From the NCBI RefSeq assembly GCF_051097895.1, contig NZ_CP142525.1, positions 390,001 through 422,000 on the forward strand: a stretch of DNA of 32,000 nucleotides, read 5' to 3'. The notes under the pieces were generated by a model. It did not search any database, was not told the DNA's origin, and saw nothing but the letters and a program-made list of their open reading frames with translations. The stretch is from Psychrobacter sp. HD31 (GTDB taxonomy: Bacteria; Pseudomonadota; Gammaproteobacteria; Pseudomonadales; Moraxellaceae). Both the position numbers and the translations under genes were made by a program. Position 1 is the first letter of the stretch. Each line of letters starts with the position of its first letter. Below, piece after piece: positions 1-8,825 of the stretch.

Positions 1-1037
1 CAGGCACACCAAAAGGTGCAACTTTAAGCCATCATAACATTTTAAATAACGGTTATTTTATTGGCGAGGCAATGAACTTAACCTGTGATGACCGTTTGTG
101 TATTCCTGTTCCTTTGTATCATTGCTTTGGTATGGTGTTAGGCAATCTCGCTATTATGACCCACGGTGGTACCATTGTTTATCCAAATGATGGTTTTGAA
201 CCCATTAGCGTATTAGAAACGGTGCAAAATGAAAAATGTACCGCTTTGCATGGTGTGCCAACCATGTTTATTGCTGAGCTTGACCATCCAGACTTTGATA
301 AATATGACCTATCAACCCTACGCACCGGCATTATGGCAGGCTCAAGCTGTCCAATTGAAGTCATGCGTCGTGTGATTGATAAAATGCACATGAGTGAGGT
401 GACCATTGCCTATGGTATGACAGAAACCAGCCCAGTATCGTGCCAAACTAATGAACATACGCCAATTGAAAAACAAGTATCTACGGTTGGGTTAGTACAA
501 CCAAATATCGAAGTAAAAATAGTTCATCCAGAAACTGGTGACGTTGTAGATATTGGTGAAACAGGTGAGTTACTTACCAAAGGCTACAGTGTGATGAAAG
601 GCTATTGGGGTAGCCGTAAAAAGACTCGTGACTCTATCATCGACGGTTGGATGCATACAGGTGACCTAGCCACAATGGATGAAGACGGTTATATTAAAAT
701 TGTTGGGCGTAGTAAAGATATGGTCATCCGTGGTGGTGAAAATATCTATCCAGTAGAGATAGAAAACTACCTCTATCGTCATCCAGATATTTTAGATGTG
801 CAAGTGGTTGGTGTACCAGATGAAAAATATGGAGAAGTGCTAGCTGCTTGGGTGATTAGCAAAAAAGGGCATGATTTGACTGAAGACAATGTGCGTGATT
901 TTTGTAAAGACCATATTGCGCATTACAAAATACCAACCTATATTCTTTTTGTAGAAGAGTTTCCGATGACGGTCACTGGCAAAATCCAAAAGTTCAAGAT
1001 TGTTGAAACCATGAAAGAAGAATTAGGTATTTCTTGA
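1..1037 (+). CDS. AMP-dependent acyl-CoA synthetase/ligase, C-terminal ~344 aa (5' end outside window)
   Basis: The frame of the 72..1037 ORF stays open back to base 3. The extra residues read [16 protein letters not shown], the AMP-binding signature region. Downstream motifs [33 protein letters not shown] and GKIQKFK are typical of adenylate-forming ligases. It sits at the head of the leucine-catabolism cluster. Confidence 0.85.
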   Translation, partial: GTPKGATLSHHNILNNGYFIGEAMNLTCDDRLCIPVPLYHCFGMVLGNLAIMTHGGTIVYPNDGFEPISVLETVQNEKCTALHGVPTMFIAELDHPDFDKYDLSTLRTGIMAGSSCPIEVMRRVIDKMHMSEVTIAYGMTETSPVSCQTNEHTPIEKQVSTVGLVQPNIEVKIVHPETGDVVDIGETGELLTKGYSVMKGYWGSRKKTRDSIIDGWMHTGDLATMDEDGYIKIVGRSKDMVIRGGENIYPVEIENYLYRHPDILDVQVVGVPDEKYGEVLAAWVISKKGHDLTEDNVRDFCKDHIAHYKIPTYILFVEEFPMTVTGKIQKFKIVETMKEELGIS

Positions 1038-1126
1038 TAGATTTAACCTAATCCTTCCTCATTAGGTTAAGGACTGACTTCGCAAAGAAAACGAACGCTT
1101 TTAAAACATCAGGAAGAATACAGAAA

Positions 1127-2737
1127 ATGACGCACCCCATTAACAGCAAAATTAGCCCAAACTCAGCCGAATTTAAGCAAAATGCCCAAGCCATGCAACA
1201 AGTGGTGGATGACCTACATCAGCACTTAAGCAAAATTGCCCAAGGTGGCTCAGAGCGTAGCCGAGCCAAACATTTATCTCGTGGCAAACTCTTGCCTCGT
1301 GAGCGTGTGGAGAAACTCCTTGACCCAGGCACGCCATTTCTTGAAGTGGCACCGATGGCAGCGCATGGCATGTATGATGCTGACATTCCAGCCGCGGGGG
1401 TCATTGCTGGCATTGGGCGTATTAAAGGCATCGAATGTATGATTGTCTGTAATGATGCGACGGTCAAAGGTGGTACTTACTATCCAATGACAGTTAAAAA
1501 GCACCTACGTGCGCAAGAAATCGCCACCCAAAACAATCTCCCTTGTGTGTACCTTGTAGACTCAGGCGGTGCAAACTTACCCAACCAAGATGAAGTCTTC
1601 CCAGACAAAGAACATTTTGGACGCATCTTCTATAACCAAGCCAATATGTCTGCCCAAGGCATCCCACAAATTGCCGTGGTTATGGGTAGCTGTACCGCTG
1701 GGGGTGCTTATGTTCCTGCAATGAGTGACGAATCCATCATTGTTAAAGACCAAGGCACTATTTTCCTTGGGGGACCGCCATTGGTAAAAGCTGCCACTGG
1801 TGAAGAAGTTAGTGCCGAAGATTTAGGCGGTGGTGATGTGCATACCCGTCTATCAGGCGTGGTTGACCATCTCGCTCAAAATGACACTCACGCCCTGTCT
1901 ATCGCACGGGATATCGTTGGTAACCTTAACAAACCAAGTAAAATCATCCCTAATCAACAAGCTTCACGACCACCAAAATACGACAGCAAAGAACTGTACG
2001 GCATCATCCCAACCGATACTCGCAAGCCCTTTGACATCAGAGAAATCATCGCTCGTATCGTTGATGCCAGTGAGTTTGATGAGTTTAAAGCTCGTTTTGG
2101 CACGACTCTGGTGTGTGGATTTGCCCATATCGAAGGCATGAAAGTTGGCATTATCGCCAACAACGGCATTCTGTTCAGTGAATCGGCACAAAAAGGTGCT
2201 CACTTTATTGAGCTCTGCTGTCAACGCAAAATCCCACTGGTATTTTTACAAAATATCACAGGCTTTATGGTTGGTCGTAAATACGAAAACGAAGGCATCG
2301 CCCGTCATGGTGCAAAAATGGTGATGGCAGTTGCCAACGCTCAAGTGCCTAAATTTACTGTGGTTGTCGGTGGCTCATTTGGTGCGGGTAACTACGGCAT
2401 GTGTGGACGAGCCTACAATGCCCGATTTATGTGGATGTGGCCAAACGCTCGTATCTCGGTGATGGGCGGTGAACAAGCTGCCACCGTTCTTGCTACTGTT
2501 AAACGCAGTCAATATGACCGCCAAGGTACAGAGTGGTCAGCCGAGGACGAAGAGGCATTTAAAGCCCCAATCCGTGAGCAATATGAAGAGCAAGGACATC
2601 CGTATTATGCTTCGGCACGTCTGTGGGATGATGGCATAATCGACCCAGCCGATACTCGCCGAGTGCTTGCTCTAGGCTTGAGTACAGCTTACAACGCCGA
2701 AATCAAAGAAACCAAGTTTGGTGTGTTTAGGATGTAA
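1127..2737 (+). CDS. liuB: 3-methylcrotonyl-CoA carboxylase, carboxyltransferase (beta) subunit
   Basis: 536 aa with carboxyltransferase-family length and motifs ([22 protein letters not shown]) and a C-terminal FGVFRM. AGGAAG lies upstream of the ATG. Neighbours liuC, liuD, liuE and ivd favour MCC over propionyl-CoA carboxylase. Confidence 0.9.
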   Translation: MTHPINSKISPNSAEFKQNAQAMQQVVDDLHQHLSKIAQGGSERSRAKHLSRGKLLPRERVEKLLDPGTPFLEVAPMAAHGMYDADIPAAGVIAGIGRIKGIECMIVCNDATVKGGTYYPMTVKKHLRAQEIATQNNLPCVYLVDSGGANLPNQDEVFPDKEHFGRIFYNQANMSAQGIPQIAVVMGSCTAGGAYVPAMSDESIIVKDQGTIFLGGPPLVKAATGEEVSAEDLGGGDVHTRLSGVVDHLAQNDTHALSIARDIVGNLNKPSKIIPNQQASRPPKYDSKELYGIIPTDTRKPFDIREIIARIVDASEFDEFKARFGTTLVCGFAHIEGMKVGIIANNGILFSESAQKGAHFIELCCQRKIPLVFLQNITGFMVGRKYENEGIARHGAKMVMAVANAQVPKFTVVVGGSFGAGNYGMCGRAYNARFMWMWPNARISVMGGEQAATVLATVKRSQYDRQGTEWSAEDEEAFKAPIREQYEEQGHPYYASARLWDDGIIDPADTRRVLALGLSTAYNAEIKETKFGVFRM

Positions 2738-2846
2738 TCTGTCATGGGTCATTCTAAATTCAATAAGGAATGACGTGCGGTATTTTAAAATTCATTAACC
2801 ATGATGATAAATTCAATGATTAAATAAATAAGCCCAAAGGACACCC

Positions 2847-3668
2847 ATGCAAACCTTACAAATAATAAAAGAAAACCTTGTTGCTACCGTCACCCTAAAC
2901 CGCCCAGACAAACGCAACGCCTTTAACGATGAAGTCATTACTGAGCTCAAGCAAGCCTTTACTGAATTAGGGCAAGATGATGAAGTGCGAGCTATTGTCC
3001 TTACTGGCACAGGCAAAGCCTTTTGTGCTGGGGCAGACCTCAATTGGATGCGTGCTATGGCGGACTACACCCGTGATGAAAACCTAGCAGATGCCAATGA
3101 ACTGGCTCAAATGCTTAAAGTGATTTATGAATGCCCAAAACCAACCATTGCCAGCGTACAAGGCGATGTGTATGCCGGTGGCGTTGGCTTAGTATCTGCT
3201 TGTGATATTGCCGTAGCGGTTGATAGTGCCAATTTTTGTTTAAGTGAGGTACGACTTGGCTTAGTCCCTGCTACCATCAGTCCTTATGTTATTCGAGCGA
3301 TGGGCGCAAGACAGGCACATCGTTATTTCCTCACTGCCGAGGTATTTAATGCTGAAGAAGCAAAACGCATTGGTTTAATCCATGATTTTGTCAGTGTTGA
3401 GGTCAATGCTGAGATTAACGAAGATGGCATTGCCAATCGTACTGAACTTGATGAAACCGTAGCAAAAATCGTTAAAAAACTGGTTAACGCCAGTCCAAAT
3501 GCGGTCAGCGTCTGCAAAAAGTTGGTGCAAGATGTTGCCCATGCTGACATTACGGATGAGCTGATAGCCGACACAGTGGCAGGCATTGCCGATATCAGAG
3601 CCAGCGAGCAAGGCAAAGAAGGCGTACAGTCATTCTTACAGAAACGGAAGCCGAACTGGTTAAATTAA
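2847..3668 (+). CDS. liuC: methylglutaconyl-CoA hydratase (enoyl-CoA hydratase/crotonase family)
   Basis: 273-aa crotonase-fold protein (LNRPDKRNAF, GTGKAFCAGADL). AAAGGA SD upstream. It lies between the two MCC subunit genes, as in liu clusters. Confidence 0.8.
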   Translation: MQTLQIIKENLVATVTLNRPDKRNAFNDEVITELKQAFTELGQDDEVRAIVLTGTGKAFCAGADLNWMRAMADYTRDENLADANELAQMLKVIYECPKPTIASVQGDVYAGGVGLVSACDIAVAVDSANFCLSEVRLGLVPATISPYVIRAMGARQAHRYFLTAEVFNAEEAKRIGLIHDFVSVEVNAEINEDGIANRTELDETVAKIVKKLVNASPNAVSVCKKLVQDVAHADITDELIADTVAGIADIRASEQGKEGVQSFLQKRKPNWLN

Positions 3669-3833
3669 AGGGTTATTTTAATCTATAAAATGGGGTTTTT
3701 TCCTAAACTCTATCCAGCCACTGGATTCTTGTTTATTGGCAGTTTTTGTGGGTGTTGGCAAGAAAAATGGTAGCAAAATAAGGTATAGATTTTAAGTTAT
3801 ATATATTAATAGCAAGGATGTAAGGAAAAGGAT

Positions 3834-5963
3834 ATGTTTAGTAAAATTTTGATTGCTAACCGTGGTGAGATTGCCTGTCGTGTCGCTAGTACCGCCAAAA
3901 AATTAGGCGTGCGTACAGTGGCGGTGTATTCGGACGCTGACCGCCATGCCAAGCACGTTGCGGTGTGTGATGAGGCGGTGTATTTGGGTGGCTCTGCACC
4001 AAAGGACAGTTATTTACTTGGTGATAAGTTGATTGCCATTGCCAAAGAAACGGGAGCTGAGGCAATTCACCCAGGTTATGGGTTTTTAAGTGAGAATGAC
4101 CAATTTGCCACTGCTTGTGAGCAGGCAGGGATTGAATTTATTGGTCCACCAGCCTCAGCGATTACGGCAATGGGACTAAAAGCTGAATCAAAACGCTTGA
4201 TGGAAACGGCTGGTGTGCCATTGATTCCTGGTTATCATGGTGAGAATCAAGACCCAGAATTTTTGCACGCTGAAGCCGACCGCATTGACTACCCTGTGTT
4301 GATTAAAGCCAGCTCTGGTGGTGGCGGTAAGGGTATGCGATTGGTTGAGAAAAGTGAAGATTTTATTGCTTCTCTGGAGTCTTGTAAGCGTGAGGCGATT
4401 AATAGCTTTGGCGATGATAAGGTGCTGATTGAGAAATATGCGTTAAAGCCTCGCCATATCGAGATTCAGGTGTTTGGTGATAAACATGGTAACTATGTGC
4501 ATTTATTTGAGCGTGATTGCTCGGTGCAACGTCGTCACCAAAAGGTACTCGAAGAAGCCCCAGCTCCAGGCGTTGATGATGCCATGCGTAATGCCATGGG
4601 AACAGCGGCGATTAATGCGGCGAAGGCGTGTAATTATGTCGGGGCAGGAACGGTTGAGTTTATTGTTGAGCAACGCGAAGGGGCTGATGGTCAGCTTGAG
4701 ATGAACTTCTTTTTTATGGAGATGAACACTCGCCTGCAAGTTGAACACCCAGTAACGGAAGCCATTACGGGTGTGGATTTGGTTGAGTGGCAGTTGCGTG
4801 TGGCAAGTGGTGAGCCATTACCGAAGTCACAAAATGAATTGTCGATTAATGGTCATGCAATTGAAGCTCGAATTTGTGCCGAAAACCCTGATAATGACTT
4901 TTTACCAGCGACTGGCGAGTTGGCGGTGTATCGTAAGCCGGAGCATTCCGTATTTGAGATTAGTGGTGTGCGTGTTGATGATGGTGTGCGTGAAGGTGAT
5001 GTGATTAGTCCGTATTATGATTCAATGATTGCTAAGTTAATTGTGCATAGTGGCTCTCGCAAACAGGCGTTATCTAAGCTAGACAGTGCGTTGGCAGATA
5101 CCCGTATTGTTGGTTTGCCGAATAATGTGGCGTTTTTGCGTCATATCTTAGCGACCGAGTCCTTTAGCGTGCCGAATCTTGATACCGCATTGATTGAACG
5201 TGAAAAAGCCAATCTGTTTGATTGCCCAGATTTCTCTTTACCTGTGTTGGTTGCCACGGCGGTGATTAATCAGTTGACCAAAGAAGGGGCGGGGTTGAAC
5301 AGTGCCGACCCATTTAGCCAAGCCAGTGGCTGGCGTGCCTATACCGATTATCGCCGTTCGTTCCATTTAACCAATGTACAGAGCGATGGAGTGTATATCG
5401 CCAAGCTGGCAAACTGGGAAGGTCAAGGCACAGATAAGCAGGGCTTTGATTTGGTTATCCAACCTGATGTTCAAAGCGAGAAAAAGTACGCTTCAGAACT
5501 GGAAATCAATGAAGCAGAAGAAGTCTTGTACAAAGGTCATATCAGCTTTATCAATGAGCCTGTTGGCAGTGGCAATAGTGACAAAGCATTCACCGATACG
5601 CATACCTTGTGGTTAGACGGCAGACGTCAACAAGTGCAAGTGTGGGAGCATAATGAAGATGTGTATATCTTTGCTGATAATGGCAGTGGCGTGATTCACC
5701 TGATTGACGAGATGGCTCACGTTGGCGAAGAAGGCGAAACCGCTGGTAGCTTGAAGTCGCCAATGCCTGGGCAAGTGGTCGGCTTTAAAGTGGCTGTTGG
5801 TGAGACGGTTAAGAAAGGCGACCCACTCGCGGTGATTGAAGCAATGAAGATTGAGCATACCATCAACGCTCCTGCCGATGGTACGGTTGCTGAGTTGCTG
5901 TTCTCTGCTGGTGACCAAGTGGCAGATGGTGATGAGTTGCTTAGAATTGAAACGGAGGCGTAA
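3834..5963 (+). CDS. liuD: 3-methylcrotonyl-CoA carboxylase, biotin-carrying (alpha) subunit
   Basis: 709 aa. N-terminal biotin carboxylase/ATP-grasp motifs (KILIANRGEIACRV, GGGGKGMR, EMNTRLQVEHPVTE) and a C-terminal biotinyl domain with the EAMKIEH attachment lysine. AAGGAAAAGGA SD upstream. Confidence 0.9.
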   Translation: MFSKILIANRGEIACRVASTAKKLGVRTVAVYSDADRHAKHVAVCDEAVYLGGSAPKDSYLLGDKLIAIAKETGAEAIHPGYGFLSENDQFATACEQAGIEFIGPPASAITAMGLKAESKRLMETAGVPLIPGYHGENQDPEFLHAEADRIDYPVLIKASSGGGGKGMRLVEKSEDFIASLESCKREAINSFGDDKVLIEKYALKPRHIEIQVFGDKHGNYVHLFERDCSVQRRHQKVLEEAPAPGVDDAMRNAMGTAAINAAKACNYVGAGTVEFIVEQREGADGQLEMNFFFMEMNTRLQVEHPVTEAITGVDLVEWQLRVASGEPLPKSQNELSINGHAIEARICAENPDNDFLPATGELAVYRKPEHSVFEISGVRVDDGVREGDVISPYYDSMIAKLIVHSGSRKQALSKLDSALADTRIVGLPNNVAFLRHILATESFSVPNLDTALIEREKANLFDCPDFSLPVLVATAVINQLTKEGAGLNSADPFSQASGWRAYTDYRRSFHLTNVQSDGVYIAKLANWEGQGTDKQGFDLVIQPDVQSEKKYASELEINEAEEVLYKGHISFINEPVGSGNSDKAFTDTHTLWLDGRRQQVQVWEHNEDVYIFADNGSGVIHLIDEMAHVGEEGETAGSLKSPMPGQVVGFKVAVGETVKKGDPLAVIEAMKIEHTINAPADGTVAELLFSAGDQVADGDELLRIETEA

Positions 5964-5965
5964 GC

Positions 5966-6880
5966 ATGAGCCTACCCAGCCAAGTTAAAATCATCGACGT
6001 TGGTCCTCGTGATGGGCTACAAAACGAAAAACAACCCGTCCCCACTGACGTTAAGTTACGGTTGATTAGTGACTTAATTGAGGCAGGTATACGCAAGCTT
6101 GAAGCAACCAGTTTTGTGTCGCCAAAATGGGTGCCTCAAATGGGTGACAATGCCGAGGTGATGACGGGTATTAACGAAAACCGTCATGCCGATGTTACCT
6201 ATTCAGTTCTGACCCCCAATATGCGTGGCTTTGACAATGCCATTGCCTATCGCCCTGATGAAATTGTCATTTTTGGCTCAGCGAGTGAGGCATTTAGCCA
6301 AAAAAACATCAACTGTAGTATTGATGAAAGTATCGAACGCTTTGCCCCTGTTGCTGAAAGTGCCAAAACCCACGGTATTAAAGTGCGTGGGGTCATCTCT
6401 TGCACTGTTGGTTGCCCTTATGAAGGCGACATACATCCTGATAAAGTCGGCTATGTGACCAAAAAACTGGTAGACATAGGGGCGGAACACATTGGCATTG
6501 CCGATACCATTGGTGTGGGTACACCCATTAAAGTGCAAAAGGCTTTAGAATCCGCTTTTCCTTACATTGATATAGGTGAGATTTCTGGGCACTTTCATGA
6601 TACTTATGGTCAAGCGTTGGCAAACACTTTGCGAGCGGTACAAATGGGGGTGAGCCAATTTGATACCTCAGTGGCTGGTCTGGGTGGTTGTCCCTATGCT
6701 AAAGGGGCAACGGGTAATGTTGCCACTGAAGATGTGGTGTATATGTTACATGGCATGGGCATTGATACTGGCATTGACCTTGATAAGCTTGTCGATGCAG
6801 GAGTGCGAATCAGTGAATTTTTACAAAGAGATAATGGGTCTAGGGTGGCAAAGGCAATTTTAAGTAAAAGGAATAGATAA
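5966..6880 (+). CDS. liuE: hydroxymethylglutaryl-CoA lyase
   Basis: 304 aa with HMGL-like motifs VGPRDGLQNE and GLGGCPYAKGATGNVATEDVVYML. The ATG is 2 nt after the liuD stop, with GGAGG just upstream. Confidence 0.9.
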   Translation: MSLPSQVKIIDVGPRDGLQNEKQPVPTDVKLRLISDLIEAGIRKLEATSFVSPKWVPQMGDNAEVMTGINENRHADVTYSVLTPNMRGFDNAIAYRPDEIVIFGSASEAFSQKNINCSIDESIERFAPVAESAKTHGIKVRGVISCTVGCPYEGDIHPDKVGYVTKKLVDIGAEHIGIADTIGVGTPIKVQKALESAFPYIDIGEISGHFHDTYGQALANTLRAVQMGVSQFDTSVAGLGGCPYAKGATGNVATEDVVYMLHGMGIDTGIDLDKLVDAGVRISEFLQRDNGSRVAKAILSKRNR

Positions 6881-6883
6881 GTT

Positions 6884-7525
6884 TTGACTAAATCTCATGA
6901 AATTTTAAAAACTATTGGTACAAGTACCATTAATCAAGCTTTTTCTCACATAGTAAACAATTCACTAGGTGTTGTTTCATTAGGTTTTCTATCTGGTGTT
7001 ATGCAAGTGAGAAATCAAAACAATGCTGATAAATTGATTAATCGGCTTGAAAATGCAGAAATTGGACTTGATAATGAATTGATTAAAAGTAATGAGTTTT
7101 TAGGTTTTACTTCAAAAGTTTTAATTGCATTATCAACAGCTACGAAAAATGAGAAAATTTCTTTTTTGTTAGATGTTTATATAAATGGCATTTCTCATGA
7201 TTCGTTCAAAAGCATCTCAGATAAGTTGAATGTACTTATTGATATTATATCTTCTCTATCTTTAGAATCTATTTCAGTATTAGTCGAAACTTATAGATTT
7301 CATAAAGAAGAAATTGAACAAAATGTTACTTATGTGAAAATAAGCGAGAGTTTATCTCAACAATTAAAACTCTCTGAAAAAGATTTATTATCTCATTGGT
7401 ATTTGTTATCAGGGAAAGGTTTGTTAGAACAACAACCTCTACATGGCAGAGGCTTTATGCCTTTTCCATCATCTTGGTTGAAAGATATTATTCATATTCT
7501 TGAAGTTGAAAATCGTATTCAATGA
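6884..7525 (+). CDS. hypothetical protein, AT-rich orphan (start uncertain: TTG 6884 or ATG 7001)
   Basis: A 213-codon frame stays open through ~29% GC DNA, where chance stop codons should be frequent. It is in the same frame as liuE and begins one codon after the liuE TAA. No ATG occurs before codon 40. I recognise no catalytic motif. The protein is Ser/Leu/Ile/Asn/Lys-rich and looks helical. Confidence 0.6.
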   Translation: MTKSHEILKTIGTSTINQAFSHIVNNSLGVVSLGFLSGVMQVRNQNNADKLINRLENAEIGLDNELIKSNEFLGFTSKVLIALSTATKNEKISFLLDVYINGISHDSFKSISDKLNVLIDIISSLSLESISVLVETYRFHKEEIEQNVTYVKISESLSQQLKLSEKDLLSHWYLLSGKGLLEQQPLHGRGFMPFPSSWLKDIIHILEVENRIQ

Positions 7526-7822
7526 TTTAATCGATTTCAACGTTAATAGAATAGTACGAGTAGGAAGTTAAAAACACCCTTTATTGACGATAAAATATAC
7601 TTGGTAACACGAATCAGACAGTGTGATAGATATTCAGAAACTCATGAAAAAAAACTCTATGATAAAATGTTGAGGTTGGGCAAGCTTATTGAAGTTTGAA
7701 ACAAAAATGACAACAATCCATGCCCAACCAAACTTAACTAAATTAATAAATAAAACCTTAACAGACAAAATGCTTGTTTATCGTTAAACGATGATAAGTA
7801 ACCTCATAGGATAATAGAAAAA

Positions 7823-8542
7823 ATGAAAATCCAAATAATAGCAACAACTGTATTGACAACAGCACTTGGCTTGACCGCTTGTAACAACACACACAACCAA
7901 GATACTCAAGTGGCAACAACAGAGTCTGTGGTAAATACTGACAACTCAAAAAACAGTCTAGACTGGGCGGGCTACTATTTTAGTCCTGTACCTTGTACAA
8001 CTTGTGATGGTGTTATTACAAGCATTATGCTTAATGAAAACGGCACATACGAAATGACTCAAGAGCGCAATGGAGAAGAAGCCTCTGTTAATAAGGGTAC
8101 TATCGAGTGGTCAGCCGATGGCTCTAGCATTGTACTTAATAAACAAAAATATCAAGTGGCTGAAAATCGCTTAGTACGTTTAGACGACGATGGTAATCAA
8201 ATTGATGACAAATCATCACATGATCATGTGTTGGTTAAATCTGAACTAGAGCAATCACCAGACATCAATGATGGTTACCATTTATATCAGTATAACGATG
8301 AATCAGGACAGTCGTACAATGTTATTTTTAATACGGCAGAAGTACCACCTAAAGTAGTAATAGAAAGTACGCATAAGTCTACTGACGCCGATAAAATAAT
8401 GTATGAACTGCCTCAAGTTGAAGCTTGGGCAAAGGGTGCTGTCTATGCCAATGAAGATGAGAGTGTTACTTTAACTTCACAACGTAATACTGCAGTACTG
8501 TCGATAGCAGGAAAAGAACGTAAACTAAATAGAGTGCAATAG
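7823..8542 (+). CDS. lipoprotein with NlpE (CutF) N-terminal-like domain
   Basis: Signal peptide with lipobox LTAC (MKIQIIATTVLTTALGLTAC). The segment YYFSPVPCTTCDGVITSIMLNENGTYEM matches the NlpE N-domain pattern (LPCADCEGIETSLFLEKDGTW in E. coli NlpE), including the CxxC. Its 239 aa is close to E. coli NlpE at 236 aa. I do not recognise the C-terminal half. Confidence 0.65.
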   Translation: MKIQIIATTVLTTALGLTACNNTHNQDTQVATTESVVNTDNSKNSLDWAGYYFSPVPCTTCDGVITSIMLNENGTYEMTQERNGEEASVNKGTIEWSADGSSIVLNKQKYQVAENRLVRLDDDGNQIDDKSSHDHVLVKSELEQSPDINDGYHLYQYNDESGQSYNVIFNTAEVPPKVVIESTHKSTDADKIMYELPQVEAWAKGAVYANEDESVTLTSQRNTAVLSIAGKERKLNRVQ

Positions 8543-8580
8543 ATAGTATTGTAATTTTTTTGATTAATGATTCATGTAAC

Positions 8581-8612
8581 AACACTCTCTTTTACAGTTA
8601 AAAGAGAGTGTT
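8581..8612 (+). terminator. strong hairpin downstream of the lipoprotein gene (possible terminator, no clean U-tract)
   Basis: AACACTCTCTTTT (8581-8593) pairs perfectly with AAAAGAGAGTGTT (8600-8612) across a 6-nt loop. It lies 39 nt after the stop at 8542. The trailing sequence AGCTGC is not T-rich. Confidence 0.4.
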
Positions 8613-8825
8613 AGCTGCATTAGCGTATGTAATTTGTAAAGATATTTGCCGTGAGACTGAGATACAAAATTATATTAGGGCGCTGTGTTTGGTAAGTTGT
8701 TAAACACAAATCTAAGCGTTAAAAATTTAAGCGTAAAAATTACCTTTAGATGGAAATTAAAAAACTTATTCATGAAACTGTGGTAGCGATTAAAAAACCA
8801 CTCAATTAACACAAGGACAGATGTT

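Noticed and set aside
1043-1070. A 10-bp-stem hairpin, TTAACCTAAT / ATTAGGTTAA with an 8-nt loop, just after the acyl-CoA ligase stop. I considered it as a terminator.
   Set aside because: It has an AT-rich stem and no downstream T-tract (GGACTGACTT follows). At best it is a weak attenuator or mRNA-stability element, so it is not listed as a terminator.
3736-3760. Two TTGGCA copies (3736-3741, 3755-3760) in the liuC-liuD spacer. TGGCAG-N5-GTGGG looked vaguely like a sigma54 -24/-12 element.
   Set aside because: The -12 element lacks the conserved TTGC/GC core. The resemblance is limited to the TGGCA hexamer, which is common.
6878-6886. The orphan ORF is in the liuE frame, separated by only TAA plus one codon. 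This raised the idea of stop-codon readthrough or a fused, extended HMG-CoA lyase.
   Set aside because: liuE ends at a normal length (304 aa) with a complete lyase C-terminus. TAA is the strongest stop codon. GC content drops abruptly at the junction. Two separate genes is the simpler reading, and the shared frame is probably coincidence.
7674-7729. A 9-bp inverted repeat, GGTTGGGCA / TGCCCAACC, separated by 38 nt upstream of the lipoprotein gene. I considered it as a mobile-element end or structured RNA.
   Set aside because: It is a single short pair with a large AT-rich loop. There are no flanking direct repeats and no second copy elsewhere in the window. That is not enough to call a MITE or an RNA.
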